Of a stretch of DNA of 64,000 nt, positions 25,217 to 39,618 are shown piece by piece. Under the pieces are notes generated by a model. It was not told the origin of the DNA and ran no database searches. It was given only the letters and a program-made list of their open reading frames with translations. Made by a program: the position numbers and the translations under genes. Origin of the DNA: Kondoa subrosea (Eukaryota); assembly GCA_039545335.1 (NCBI GenBank), contig BCIN01000001.1, forward strand, positions 1,100,604-1,164,603, written 5' to 3'. The stretch's first letter is position 1. Each line of letters begins with the position of its first letter.

Positions 25217-28200
25217 TTAAGTTGAAAACTGCTCAGCGTAAGGAGACTCGGGAGCGACCAGTCTGAAGAATTCCTGTACAAGTTGTTCACCAGTCGAAGG
25301 ATCTAGCTCAGTGCCGCTACACAGAATGTCAGGGATAATGCTCAGCCGCAGCGGAGCCAATAGCTTACTCTCGACTAATCTTGACTTCACGATTCTGATT
25401 GAAGGCGTTCTTCAGATGCCGAGTGCGATGAAAGGGCAGCCTTTGAACCTGTAAAAGATATCAGTCTGTGGCCCCAAAGGGAGGAAAGCGAAACCTTACC
25501 TTGATCCATTCGATCGGGAAAGGTTTGTTCCACCCTTTATCGAATACCGATGAGCCCGAATTATCTCTCTTCTCGGTTCCTGGCAAGGAGTCCTCCATTT
25601 GTTCCAGCTTTGCGTTTCGCTCTTCAGGCGTAATGAGTGTGTCTTTCCTTATCACGCCATCCTCGTCTTCTTGCTGAGCAGGATGAGAGCTAGCTCCGAG
25701 TATCTGCTGCTGTTCCTCTTGGGAAGAAATGTTCCCAGGCTGCTCTTGGTCATTGGGCTGAAGCTTGACTTCCTCCTCCTTTGGCGACTCAATTGTAAGT
25801 TCTCTCACACCACCTTTGCCTATCGCCAGATCATTCAGCTCTAGATCGGCGCCTCTTCGTTCTGCTAGTGTTTCATGCTCTTCTTCCTCTTGTCTTTTAG
25901 CATCGATAAGGGATTGAGCAGGTCTCGGCGCAAGAGCTCCTGATTGCTGTATATCGGTACGACCGGAAGGAGCAGACATGCCTCTTTTGATAGCTGCTAT
26001 AGCAGGATGCGTGCTATCATAACTTGAAGAAAAGCCTGGTGTTTCCGGTTGGGGAGAATCAGTTTGGGTAGCAGAAGGAGAGAAGATGCCGGGAGATGTG
26101 AAAGCTTCTCCTTCCATTATTGTCATATTAGGGGCGCGAAGAGAAGAAGACGAATCCATTGTGCCATCTGAATTCGAACTCTTTTTCTTGGGCATAGAGG
26201 ATGAAGGTAGTTTTGAAATGGAGCCAGCCATTCTGTTGGCGATTGTGTATCAGTCTCTGGATACCAACACTTCCAAAAAAGACTAACTTTGCAAAACCAA
26301 AGAATTCTCCACTTTTGTTCGCGCTGAAAATCAGGAAGACACCTTCTTTGGAAGTGCGATATGCTTGGTCGAGGACAGGTTCATTGTGCGATTGAGTGGC
26401 CCAAAGACCGTTCTTTACACTGAGATTGAGATCTTCTTCCGACAAAGACTGCGGTCAATAGACTTCAGGCAACCGCATCCTGATTCTGCTCAACGAACAC
26501 ACCTTGAGGACAAAATATCGTTTGGTAAAGTTGCTTGAAAGGAATGAAGAAGAAGTAGATCCAGTAGCGGTGGAATTTGTAGAATTGGAGACCCGATGCA
26601 GAGGTTGCCTTCGCTGATCATCTCCTCGACTTGTAAGATAATCTCTTGGTTCATTGTTAGCCGCATCATGTTCATATCTATTTCGCTCCTTTTCCTCTTG
26701 TTCTGCTGCCCATTCTTTGTGCATCCCGCGACCGCGTTGAGCTCCAACACCTGTTTTAGTATCATCCCCCTTCTTTCTCACTCTACATACTAAATCTTTC
26801 GTTCGAGCATCATAAGGACGTAAAGATATACCGTGACAGACTTTGATAGCTTGATCCAGATGAACTTGGGAAGCGTAATTCACAAAGCAGCAGTTTGATC
26901 TAGCAATGAGATGAATACTTTCCACACCCGGACTTCTAAGATCAGCTGGCATATCAGGATTGGTAGTGAGAGAAGGGTCAGGATACGAAGTGATTCCAGC
27001 TGCGAAAGGGGAAGGTCGACTGTTAAAGAATCGCCATAATTCGTTATGCGAGGCATCTGACGGTACGTTGCCGGCCCAGAGAGCAAAGTCACTATGAGGT
27101 GGTGGTTTTGGCAGTGCATTCCGAATGTTATTGCCTGATCGTCGCTTGTGAGGTTGCTGTTCAGGGTATTGATGAGGCAAAGGAGCAGGTCTACCATTAA
27201 CTGCATTGTGAAGGTTTGCTTGGGCAAGATGACCTCTAGCCAACTCAGGAAGAGGTCGCAGAGCTGGTGAAAGAGGTGCAGCAGACTGCTGAGCTATCTG
27301 TTGAGAGGGCCCGGTTGGGGTGAGAGGTAAAGCACCAACCAAAGGCGAAGCAGGTTGTCGAGGAACATATGGAATAGGTCTATAGAGAGGTTGCTGTGGA
27401 CCGAATTGAGGTGCTTGCATGTAAATCGGCGATCGAGATTGATTTCCAGCAAAACCGTACGCACTGATAGGCGACATCATCGGTGTACGAGTATAGCCGT
27501 TAGACTGATAAGGAGCTTCGGGACTTATGGAAGGGTAATTCATGCTATCTTGTTCGTAAGCCATACCAGCTTGCTGACCATAATATTGGTTCGCAGGACC
27601 AATCTCCGGACCAGGCATACCGTAATACTGCATATTTGGATTGCTGTAGTACTGCTGGCTACTCTGCATTGCGTCCATCTGTTGCATATTATTGTATTGC
27701 ATCTGAGTAACACAATCAGAAGAGTATACAAAAACACATTTAATAGCGACCAACCTGAGGTCCAGCAGATTGTTGATACATGAGAGAAGCATCATTGACA
27801 GGTGGATACTGATATGAAGGATTGTAGAAGCGATTGTGATAGGCGTACTGAAATGAAGTTGGGCCATTCTCGTAATATTGACTTGACGCTGGGCTTTTGT
27901 GAGGAGAATATGGATAAGGATAGGCAGGAGAAGAGCCTGCCGTAGAAGGATAGCCATAGCCAGAGTGACCAAGCTGTGTTTGCATTTGCGAACTTGCCAT
28001 TGAAGCAGGAGACGGAGGGCAAGCTATGCAGTGACTTAATTAGCTTGAGATCTGAAGGAAATTGTGCAGCAAACCATGGGCCTCTGGCTTGCCTAGCAGA
28101 TTCAGAGTGGAGTACGTCAGAGTCTTATATAATTTTATGCGGATTGCAGGGAAGATGATCTACCTGGCTGGGATTCCTCAGGCTCAAGGAGTCCATTATC

Positions 28201-28281
28201 AAGAGCCTCTGCCTGCTTGATAGCCTGATCCACAAGCGCATCTATTCCATCTGCATTGCTGGATTCGTTCGACGAGAGCAT
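25217..28281 (-). CDS. YTH-domain (YT521-B-like) RNA-binding protein with degenerate RRM
   Basis: KRYFVLK|S..EEDL.LSV..GLWATQ.HNE..LDQAY, VFLIFSANKSGEFFG, PFPIEWI, L.NAFN.NREVKISR|DGTEL. Upstream ALWAGNVP..SNCCFVNY RRM. Start codon uncertain. Confidence 0.85.
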
Positions 28282-28594
28282 TTCTGTGGAGAGAAATGCT
28301 GCGGGTGTTATCGCTCGATAGTGTATAGAAGAGAAAGCTGCATGAGACCAGGCAAGCACAGCAGAAATTCACAGCAGTAAGTGGTTCGAGAAGACGCTCG
28401 GTAAAAGCCCGTGAAAAGCGAAACATGGAAATTATCTAATCTCTAATCTCGTTCGAAGGTGATCGCAGCGCTTGGATCTGCTCGATCGATTTCGCTATCG
28501 CTCTTTCCTATCGCCAGTAGCGAGTACTGAAGCGCCGCTTACTGTTCCGCAACACGCTAAGCAAAGTTTTGCATATGTCTCTGGAAGCATCTGC

Positions 28595-29890
28595 TTACAT
28601 GACGTGTATGGCCTCGCGTGCAAATCTTTCATGACCCATCTCTGTCATGTGATACTGGGAGCCGAACCATTAATCTTTCGGATTAATGCGAAGTGAAGAG
28701 AGGACTCACCTCATCCCAAAATAGAAATTGCGAGCTATCCTCACATTTTTCTGCTGGACCATCTCCATAAGCTCCAACCAAGCAACTCTTGCTGATCAGA
28801 TCTTTGCTGAACCCATATTTGGAAGGTTTGGCAACCATATGTTGTTGCAAAGTATAGAAATCAATGAACCCAACTTTCAATCTGTATTTGGTCGACTGCA
28901 ATCTTAGTCGCAACCTTCGTAATTCTCTTCTTAGATTCAGTCCATATTCTGCGTATCGTTGTACTGTTTCTGATGCTACCGCACCTGATCGAGAGTATGG
29001 CATGTTGGCAAGAGAAGGTTCTGCTACCAGTACGAAGCTGTATGCGCCTACTCAATTTCGCTCAATGAGCTTGTCTTCCTTCATACGACAAACACAAGCT
29101 TACCACTTCCTTTCAGTCGACCAATGACCAGCTCAATCTTCTCCACTGTTTGACTTGCGTGTACTTCAGGAGTGAAAAAGACATCGTTTCCTCCTACTGC
29201 AATGATGAAAAGAGAATGATGGATATTCATACTGCCATGTTCCACTTGAATGTAGTGCTGTACTTGATCCACTACAGCTGTGGATGTGATCGTTCCGTCC
29301 TTTCCGCTATATACCAATCAGATGGCAGGTAGACTCTGTCCATGTGAGAGACCCACGTCCTTCCTGGCGAGAGATCATTGTCACTTGTAGCTCCTCCACA
29401 AGCGTAGTCTGATAGGTAAATCAGCGCCATCTTATGTTTGAAGCTGAATCACACTGACTCCGAAGCGGTATTTCGAATGAGTGCGCTGCGCATTATTGAG
29501 CTTATGACCTCAGATTGGTGTTGAGACCTACCCATAGTCTCAGCCCAGACCGCTGCAATCATACTTCAGCTCCGAGACCGAACTTTCGGCTACAAGTAAC
29601 TCACGCCCATTCGAGAATCGTCCTTGATAATACTCCTCTCTGGGCCAAGTATGATTACTCAATGCCCAACTTCCATGTGTCCCATCATCTGATAAACTAT
29701 CGCCAAACACGACAATCTCGCGAAAAGGTAACTCTTTCTCTTGCTTTGAAGGGGAGAAGGGCCAATAAGAGACTGCTGTTTCAAACAAGGACAGCTTCGA
29801 ATCATCTTCTGTTGGTGCTGAAGTCTCTTGAGCTTCCAATTGGCCAATAATGAGCAGAAGAAATATTGCCAAGGCTCCCTTTGCTCGCAT
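28595..29890 (-). CDS. Secreted GDSL/SGNH esterase (CE16-like)
   Basis: Signal peptide, VVFGDSLSD.G, GRFSNG, VGGND and FLFWD|.YH. Confidence 0.85.
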
Positions 29891-30185
29891 ATTCACAGGC
29901 AATCAGATGTAGAATTGTATACAGGTGCGCGAGGGGTATCGCAAAGTGCAGATGCGGTATACTATGCAGATCAGCGGCTGTGTCGGGTCAAGAGTCTTTC
30001 GACACTACGCGAAGACAACACCTTCGATACCAAGATACAGCCTAAGTTAATATCATAGATTGCATGCTTGAGTCGTTTTGTCTATACTGTCCATTCTTCT
30101 TGAAGCCTTTCGAAGTTTCGCGTGCATATGTGCCGCTCCGTTTTCAATCACATCACGAATCCCTACCCTAATATCTTCTTCTCGT

Positions 30186-32628
30186 CTAGTATACGTGGCC
30201 ATGACGGATGTTGGGAAGCAAGAGAGCAATCAAAGCAGCTCCAAACCTGACGCAGAATCAGATTGCATGCTTTCGTCTTTAGGATTGACATTACGAACAT
30301 TGGTCCACCAGCACTGAGATTGGAATAAGCAGATGTGAAATACGAAGGGAGATGACTGACGCGTATAGAATATCGTTCAGACCATTTGTTCCGGCAAGGA
30401 TTCGAGCACCGATTAACGGCGCACAAATTCCAATCATGCGACCGACTACAGTAGTCAGCAAGCACGTACATGAGCGGAAAAGCAATATTGTTATAGACAT
30501 TGTGGACGTACGAGCACTAGCGGAGCCTACTCCAGTTCCTCTTACTGCTGTTGGGAAGTACAGTGGAGCGACGCCATAGAGAATAGCATTGAAAGAACTT
30601 TGCCAGCAGTATTCGAGAGCATTGAAGGCCACGTTGGCATCTTGAGAATCAATTACAGCGTACTGTCGACTCAGTGTCAGCTGCAAGAGCGTGTTTTTGA
30701 AGATCGTCCAGTACCAGACATAAGCAAACGCCCATCAAGGTTCCAGTGCTAATAAATACTTTCAGAATAATTTATGCGGCAAAGACCGAAAGCTCACATT
30801 GCTAGAGAATATTTCTGCCCGATAATTCTGATCTCGGTAAGAACAGCACCAATAGCTACACCAGGTAAACCGCAAAGAGCTTGAATGATATAGTTTCTGT
30901 ACGTTTCTTTGGTCGAGACACTTCGAGCAGCTCCCTTCTCACGAAGAACGGTAGGTAGGAAAGTACCAGCGATAGAGAAAGCAAAGTAATCGATCATGTA
31001 AATGAGCCAAATGAGAACTGTTATATATGCCACAGCCTTGGAAGAAAAGAGAACCTTCATGTGACTGAGATTGTACCATTTCTTTGGCTGAGCTTTGGTT
31101 ATAGGCGCTGTACTGCTTGTTGAAGTAGAGGTTTGACTGTAGTTTTGCTCGATCTGTTGAAAATGCTCGATATGTAGGTCAATAGATCCCTCGGACAGCT
31201 TGTTGTATTTAGCGATATAGTGAACGACAGCGATAGCCTCTTCATCCCTGCCTTTCATTAACAGATATTTCGGTGTCTCCTTGAAGTTGAACACCAAGAA
31301 GCGGGCGATGAAGAGGAAAAGGCAAAGCCCTCCAATCGTGTAGGCTAGTGCAAAGTATCAGCCCATCGAAACGATTTCCTCTCGATTCAGGACATACAGG
31401 CATAACGCCAACCCTGAAAGCCGACTTTAATGAGAAGACTTGCGGGAAGAAGACACAAAGACTGACCATATTATCAGCTTTCCGACAGCATTCCACCCCA
31501 TCGGCTACATTCTTGCACGAAGGTAGAGAAAGGCGGCAAGTCCGGCTAGGAATCAATCCCCATGATATTACTGCAGTGATCACAAAGTCGGCGCCGTATT
31601 TGCAATGTAACAGAAATGCTTACGAGAGCACAGAAACACTCCCAAGGGCTGAAATCCAGACAATAGCACAATAAGCCAGCGTTTGTTGGCGGGTAAAAAC
31701 TCAAGGCAGATCGTCTGCGAATGGCCTGAGCATGCAATTTGACAGCGGCTAGGAAACTCACTGCGTCTGTGGGTATGTTACCACCCAATCCGATACCACA
31801 GAAAAGAGCCAAAGCGCAGATGGCTCCATAGTTCGAAGGAACCCCCAGGAAGAGACCAAAGAAGGAAGTGACTGTAACATGCCAGTTCAAGATTACCAAA
31901 ATGGAAATATCAAGTGATCCGGCGTACTCAGCAACGTCACTGCATTTAACATTAGCGCGAATCGAATCATTAGACGAGTGCTGACAATTGAAAGCCCATT
32001 TACGTCCAATGACATCGACGGCGCATCCCCAGCCAAAGGCTCCGACACATAGACCAGCACTGAAACAGGAAGACAAGTTCCCTCGATCGACTGCGCTGAT
32101 TCCCAATTCCGTGACCATCTTTGGGACTTCAGGTCTTCGTTACTTGTACGATGGAAGAAACATACAGGGCTAAGAATTAAGCCAAACAGCTTTGCGAAGG
32201 CTAGATCGACCATATAACCGAATCCACAAAGGAGCCAGATCGACCCTTGTGAGACTGTGAGCAAACAAGAAAGCTCCTGTGTTCAATACACTTTGACATA
32301 CATTGATATCTTCCCATTCCCATCCCGTTCAAGCTTCTATTGACAAGAATCATCTTCCTCTCTAGTACACTACGGCCGACTGTAATCATCGAGAATAGCC
32401 ATCAGATTTTAGCCAGCATGCAAATTGTCCAGGATCGTACTGAATTCCGGATCCTTCACCGAAAGCATATCAGATTCGTTCTATAGCATGATGTGGACAT
32501 ATGTATACCTCATCTAGGGTAGGAGCGCCTTTCTCCAGAACATCAGAGTCCTTCTCCGTAGGTAATATGTCTGCATCTCTTTCTTGTGTAAGTCCGCCGA
32601 TTGCACGAGGCGCTACATAATCAGCCAT
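30186..32628 (-). CDS. MFS transporter (SV2/sugar-porter-like)
   Basis: GAFGWG..VDVIGRKWAFN, GLGGNIPTD, ETPKYLL..GR.EEA and FPTAVRGTG.G. Confidence 0.88.
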
Positions 32629-33604
32629 TTTTCGTCGAGAGCTTCGCTTGCGAAGAACGAGAGAAGAAAAAAGCAAAGCGATGAGGTTTGTTGATGACCG
32701 GCCAACACAAGGATGCCAAGCAAGAAATGTGCGGAGAGCGGGAGAGGCAAATGCAAAACTGAACTCAAGATCTGAAATTCTTCGGAGCGCTGAAGGCTGC
32801 CTAGCATCCGAAGGGACAACAACATAAGACAGACCCCTTCGATGAGGAAAATTACAGTGGATCAAACATTAGCGTCCGATGTGTCTCAGCCTTATCGCGA
32901 AACTTTAATAACACGCTCTGTGCATGTAGAGTTGGCAATGAGCAGAGAAAAGGAGATGCTTGCGAGGAAATCGATAACAGCATGAGAAGATATAATATGG
33001 GCAAGAGCAACAGACGGTCAATGGCCAATGGCAACCGCTCGAGCTAGCACAGAGCAAAGCATCACCATCTAGACGTTTGCGCGTCAAGTGCGCATTCGAG
33101 TGCGTATCATATAAGAAGTCCACGAGCAAGAAGCCAGGCTGCCTTGAGTCTACTGTTCCGAGGGCCTGCGACAGCTGCAAGTGTCCCATTTTGCGCTCTG
33201 TTTGCACTGGAGCAGCTTGACGAGCCACTGGAGAAGAGGTTATTCAAGCTCTGAACTGGTTCCGGACACTCAGAATGCGAAATTCACTCCTTGGGTTGGT
33301 TGATCCAGCACCATTGTAGCTTTCTTGTGATGCTATTCCGCAGCGGCGCAGATATGAGTGGCCGCATTTTAGCGAATTCAACCTATATCTGCTCTCGTGA
33401 CAGTCTCGTGACAGTAATTCAAAAGAATACTTGCTCGAACCTCTAAAGCTTTCTTTTGACTGTTTTCGGCTTTGCTCTTGTCCGCTTGGCTTGTAGTTGT
33501 CACTCTGCTCTCTCTCTCTTTCCTGTTATTGTTCCCGCTTCGAGAAGTCCGCGTCAAGCAGCGATCGCCCTCATTCATTCATTACGCCCTGTTGTCAAGG
33601 CAAC

Positions 33605-36321
33605 ATGCGATTATCCTTCTTTACGATAGCTTCTGCAGCTGTATCGCTTGTGAGCGCTCAGATGCTTGATGATCTTCCCTTCCAACTAGAAGACTTTGCC
33701 TTGGACGATGATATGTATGCATGATTTATATTTAGTCTATCAATTTTTCTGACTGGTCGTACATAGGTCATTACCCGATGAAGAGTGGCATCATTCGCGA
33801 AAAAGAGCTCTAGGAACCGAGTATGTACTTCGAGCGGGGCCAAACCTTCAGATTGCCGCGATGCAGCTTCAAGTAGTCGATCAAAATTCAGTCATCATAC
33901 TGGACAAGGGTAAGTCACGATGCTATCGGAAGCAATCATTCGTTGATCTATGTAGCACCCAGTCGAAAAGAATCCAGGTCGCGTTGGAACACATCGTTAG
34001 TTCACTACTGTGCTCGTCCATAGCAAGCTGATCCTTGGACATAGCTGGCGTGATTAACCTTTGTTTCTTGTGTGGACTTATTCTGAGATATTCTCGTAGT
34101 GGGTGCAATGGCTCAACCTAAAAGATTCGTCTTCGATCATTCTCGACGCTCAAACGAACAGGTCAGTGAAGACGCTCGCCTCGTCTACTATAAGATCACT
34201 AATCTTCTACATACATTGCAGCTTCTGTGCGGGTGGCTCATTCACGTACGTGGTCGTCCCATTACCATGCATTCGCCTGATTTGACTTCGTCATGACCAC
34301 AGAGGAAATGGGACGCTTGTGAGCGTTGGAGGCAACGCAGCGATTACATCAGGTTACTACAAGGACAGCGACGGCTTACAAGGCTTGCGTCTCTTCCCTC
34401 AATGTACGTCTCGCAGCGGACATATCACACAATCTAATGATTTGAACATCAGGCAATGACAAAGGATGTACAATGCTTGAATACCCTAATAGAACTCGAC
34501 TAGCGGTCCCACGCTGGTACCCAACTTCAGCCAAACTTTCAGACGGCTCAATCATAATTGTACTTGAAGTGATCAGCTTTGCGGCGTTGAACTGAAACGA
34601 GTATAGGTCGGCGGAACGAAGATAAATGCATACAATAACAACGAGGCGAACGATCAGTGCGCCTCAATTTGAAGCCTTTTGCTCTATGCTGATTGTGTGT
34701 TCAGGCCTAATTTTGAGTTCTACCCTAGCAAATCCATCAACAACGGCATGCCCATATATAGTCAATTCTTACACGACGCTCTTCCTTCTAACCTCTTCCC
34801 TGTCGTGTATGTGCAGATCTTGTTCGCGTTTATGACGCGAGCTTATATGCTGATCCATCAGCTATCCTTTGCCAGATGGCAGACTGTATATCGCAGCAAA
34901 TCAGAAGGTTGGTATGCTCCATTATTTACACTGATCCTGACTGAACGAATGGATCAATAGGCTATGTTCTATAATTGGGAGACTAATACAGAAACTCGCT
35001 TGCCCGACATCCCAGACGGAGTCGTATGTGTTACCTAATTATGATCGATTCTCACTGAGCACAAAGCCTTTCATAGCGCTTGACCTACCCATATACCGCT
35101 GCTACTGCTTTACTTCCGATGACTCAAGCCAATGCTTACACTCCAGAGGCTTTGATTTGTGGTGGCAGCACTATCAATGACAAGCAAGCTAGTAATAAGA
35201 TAAGCTCTCAAACCCCAGCATCGAGCTATGTTAGTGGTCAATTCCCTGGTTCACGTGAAACAACTTATGAAGTCTGCAGTGTTATCGAATGGTTCTTACA
35301 GCCGCAGGTGCTACAAAAGGCTGGATAAGAGATAGTCAGCTATTGCCAGAACCTCGCTTAATGGGCGAGATGGTGCTGCTACCGAATGGATTGATCTTGA
35401 TCCTCAATGGTGCCCAAAGAGGGTCAGCTCAACTCGTTTGCTGGTGAATTTTGACTCATCCAATATGTAGTGCTGCTGGTTATGGGAATTTCAAGGACAT
35501 GCCAGCGGGAACTTCTTCGAATGCCGATAGTCCAGCCTTCCGAGGAGTGATATACAACTATACAGCTCCAGCAGGTCAACGCATGAGTACGATAGGCATG
35601 CCTACCTCAAAAATCGCTCGAATGTATCGTCAGTAGTATCTAAACTGCACTCCATGGCTTTGCTGACAAGTCACCACAGACTCGGTCGCGACCCTCTTGC
35701 CAAATGGCGAAGTGCTGATAGGTCAGTCAAAGACAAGGGATACTCTGTGGCTTGCTAATGAGTCCTACCTATAGCTGGGTCCAACCCTAACAAGGTATGT
35801 AAACCTGACAAAGTTTTCTGCTTTGATCATGATTAAGCCTTGAATACAGGACGTGACCAACAAGAATAACTCACCGCTGTACGGCACCGAATATCGGACA
35901 GAATATTTCTCGCCTCCATGTTAGCCTCACTTTACATAGCTCTGGATGCAATAGCTGGCTGATCGAGCTCTTAGACATATCTGCACCCAAACCTAAGATG
36001 ACCAAGCCGCCAACATCTCTCACTTATAATACCCAGTACAAAGTCAGGATTGACCCTTTGCCAACCGGAACACCAGTAAACAAGGTCAGGATCGTATTGA
36101 TTGACCTCGGCTACCATACACACTCGCTCGCCTTCAATCAACGTTTCGTGGAGATGAAAGTCAAGAGCACGAACAGCAAGTGGTTGACTTTCAGCTCACC
36201 TGTTGACGCAAACCTCTGGCAACCTGGACCTGCATGGATGTATCTTGTCGCCGATGGTGTTCCATCGATCGGTGTACAGGTTATGGTAGGGGACGGTCAG
36301 GCTCCGCCTTTCGACGCGTGA
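33605..36321 (+). CDS. Secreted copper radical oxidase (AA5_1, glyoxal oxidase-like), many short exons
   Basis: Signal peptide with acidic propeptide and KR site. FCAGG, RWYPT, RMY|HS.ATLLP.G, AGSNPN, GYHTHS...QR and C-terminal PGPAW.Y.V.DGVPS. Confidence 0.88.
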
Positions 36322-36554
36322 GTCCTGTTCATCCTGCCCGGCTCGTTCACTAAAATAGTATGAAAGCGCCGCGAATGCAAACATGCTCGCTTCGACGACA
36401 AATCCAGCTAATCACTCTTAATCAAATGGGTAGTGGCTCCCTTTTTAGGCTTTATGTAATTTGCAGCCCATCTCGTTTTGTATTTTGTAAATGGTCATAT
36501 CATGCGTTTAGTTCATTAGAGGGGATACAAACACATTATCGAAGCCTAGCACAT

Positions 36555-38100
36555 CTATTTGACTTTGCGCTTCTTGGCGGGTTGCAAATTCCGCTGACAT
36601 TCTGCACAAGAAAATCGTAAGCTGGGTGTATGCACATATGCACACATGAGTATCTTAACATACCATCGCAGTACCATGCGCCCTTTGGAGCTGAAGGCAA
36701 GCCAATACAGCCCAAGTGAAACTATACTTCCAATGATCAGCTCGAACACAAAGGCTAAAAGAAGAACCAACCCATTCCATCTTGCAGTCCTCGTTATCAC
36801 ACCCAATCATCTCACCATAACTTACTCTCTGGCAGTAGCAGTACTTGGGTTCATTCGGATCATCATTTGATGGAGGTTGCTCGATAATGTCTGTGATGCC
36901 ACCTTCTTCCAGAGGCAAAGCAGCTTCTTCAGCAACAGCTCCGGGTACACCAGCATCACCAGCAAAATCGCCATCTTCTCCATCTTCGTCCAGCGTGCTC
37001 GATTTCCTCTTAGGTCCAGCTTTCCTTCCACCACCATTGTTCCCTCTTCTTTTCGTTACAACAGGACTCAAACCGCCCTCTTTCCCTTCTTTGTCTTCTT
37101 TCTTCCTCTTTGTACCACGCTGAGAAGAAATAGAAGGAGCAGGACTATCGTTATTAGAAGCTCGATCCACCGGATCTTCTCTATCTTTATCTTTCGAGTC
37201 GGTACTCGATTCACCATCTTCAATAGGATGTTGAACTTGTTTTCTGACTCTTTTGACAGGTACACCTTCTGTTAGCGCAGGTGAAGGTGGAACACTTTCT
37301 CCCCCTCCTTTTGTAGATTGAGAATCCCGCTTCTTGCCTGAATTGGAACGTTCGTGAACTGGTGCTGCATGAGCTGATGTGATTCGAACTGCTGGTCGAG
37401 GTGGTTTCAGTCCTGGGCCTTCGCGTTGGTAAGCTTGAATTTGAGAAACTGCATTGGAATAAGCTTGAACTGCTTGACGTGTTGGGATATGAGGCGGTGG
37501 AAAGAACTCTGCTTTACGTGGTGAATGATGAGTTGACGAGGCATATGGAGGGAATAGATGAGGATAACCAGCCGGTGTAGTTGAAGCCGGTAGATTCTCA
37601 AGTAAGTGAGCTGGCATCATTGAAGTCATAAGAGAAGTGATCAGATCCAATTGAGAAGTGTGTTGAATGATCTGGAAGCACGCAATTTTAGCTACACTTA
37701 AAATTCGAAGATGCACACATACCGTCTCGCAAGCACCTGTAGCAACACGGATCTTGTCCTCTCCGCCCAGTTTGAACACATTTGCATCCTCGGCTACCTC
37801 CTTGAGTAGTTCTAGCCTTTGTTGGGGAGTATAGCTGTCAGCAGGCGCGGTCATCATTGCATGCAATCTTTCTAATTTAACATGAATGGCGACGATAGAA
37901 GAATTCAGGACGGCGTCCAGTTCTTTGAGATCGGACAAACTTCTTGTAAGGGAGGGTGGCAGAGCGTCAATGACATCCGCTGATAAATGTATCAAGTGTG
38001 CAATCTCGGCAGCATCTGGTTGTAGAGGCTGTTCAGGCGCGGAGTAGCTGCCTTGAGCTGTCTGCGTTGCTGGCGCGTTAGCCTTGCGCCCTGGGGCCAT
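36555..38100 (-). CDS. ING-family PHD finger chromatin reader (Yng2/Pho23-like)
   Basis: [18 protein letters not shown]-domain and [34 protein letters not shown]. Confidence 0.9.
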
Positions 38101-39618
38101 TCTTTGAGCAGAAGACGGTTGTTGCAAGAAGATAGCAGAATCATCAAATTGCTCGAGGCATACTGGCAAAGACTGAGAAACGAATAGTAAGGTCCGAATA
38201 GTATTAGTATCAGAGATAGAAATGCATGCATAATACAAATACAAAGTACAGAATTCATATCTCCCCACAGCATGACTTGAAGGTCACAAGAGGTCAGACT
38301 CGCCTGCTTTATTGCCAGCTCCGTGATCCGTTGTTCACAAATGACTCAGCACGAAGCAGAGGTATGCGATTCTTATCTGTCTTTGCCAAAATTCAATGGA
38401 TGATAAAACGCAACTCCGAGAATTAGTAAATGCTATACTGCGAATCAAGATTAAACCGACTTACCATAATCAAAAGTCTTGACTAGCCTGACAGAGTTGT
38501 ATAGATGCCGGGTTCACGTCCCAGGCAAGACCTTGCTTTCTGTTACAGGCTCATATTCGCAAAACCATCGTCCATTCTCGGCAGGTCGATTGCCTTGTTG
38601 GGGCCTGAGATGAATCTGGCCATGTCATATGTGTGACGAAGGTAGCATGGGCTATGTACCAAAACCAGACATGCCAGATACAGATGACTTTCGCACATGC
38701 ATCTTCAGGCAGGACAGATGTATTCTGCAATGTCTTCCGAATTAATAGCAGGTTGAGAAGAGCCATACGAAACAGTTTAGGCGCGGGAAGGCGAGCTCCG
38801 ATCAGCAATGCAAGTGACATTTCGACGAGGCAAGAAAGGCTACTTGAAGATTGTGTACCCGCAAGCACACTACTAAGCTAGAGCTGTCTGAAGCAGCTTA
38901 ATCAAAGTGTTCTAGCCTTCATTGTTTGCTTGACCAACGCGAGACATTATATGCAACCCAATCTTGACTTCAACTTTTCATCACCGAATCACAGTACGCA
39001 ATAGGCATATCTTGATGACGATGGGAGACTACTACTGTCGCCCAGCAAAGAACCGGTACACGAGATAAGGGTGGACTTGCGAGCGGGCACTACGGATATC
39101 CGATGACTTAGCGCAAAAACCTCTTTAAACCTAATCGCTTCGAGGAACCCGTGCAGGAAAAGCAACAGCGTGGGAAGAGCAGCAAAAGAGTATCCAATAA
39201 TAGAGTCTGAGGGAGCATTGTCCAGATCCAGTTTCCGTTGGTTTAAGCCTCTTCATCGAAATTCGCGATAGAGTCGGGCATAGCAGCGCTTCTGTGTCCA
39301 GTGTCGGCTCTGGAGAGAGCGGTAGAGCGAAAGATAAAGTCCGGAAATGGCAATTTTTGTAGGCGACGATCCAAATAAATCGGAAATTTCCTCAAGTCGC
39401 GAACAACGCGCGCGCTAGACTAGGCTTCAAGCTAGTGGTTGGCGTCAAATGCAACAGGAGTTCAGCTTTCTCTCTTTTCAAAACCAACCACTTCCTAGCA
39501 AGCTCCTCTATCAATCAGCTCATCCATTACAAGCGAACAGACGAAACCTCACATGAAAACAACAAAGTGTCTATATTAGTCGAATTTCAGCCTGCCTTCT
39601 CGCGAGTGATATACAAGT

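Noticed and set aside
38400..39400. Possible small gene between the ING and arrestin-like genes
   Set aside because: Only short ORFs with no recognisable motif or consistent splice model.
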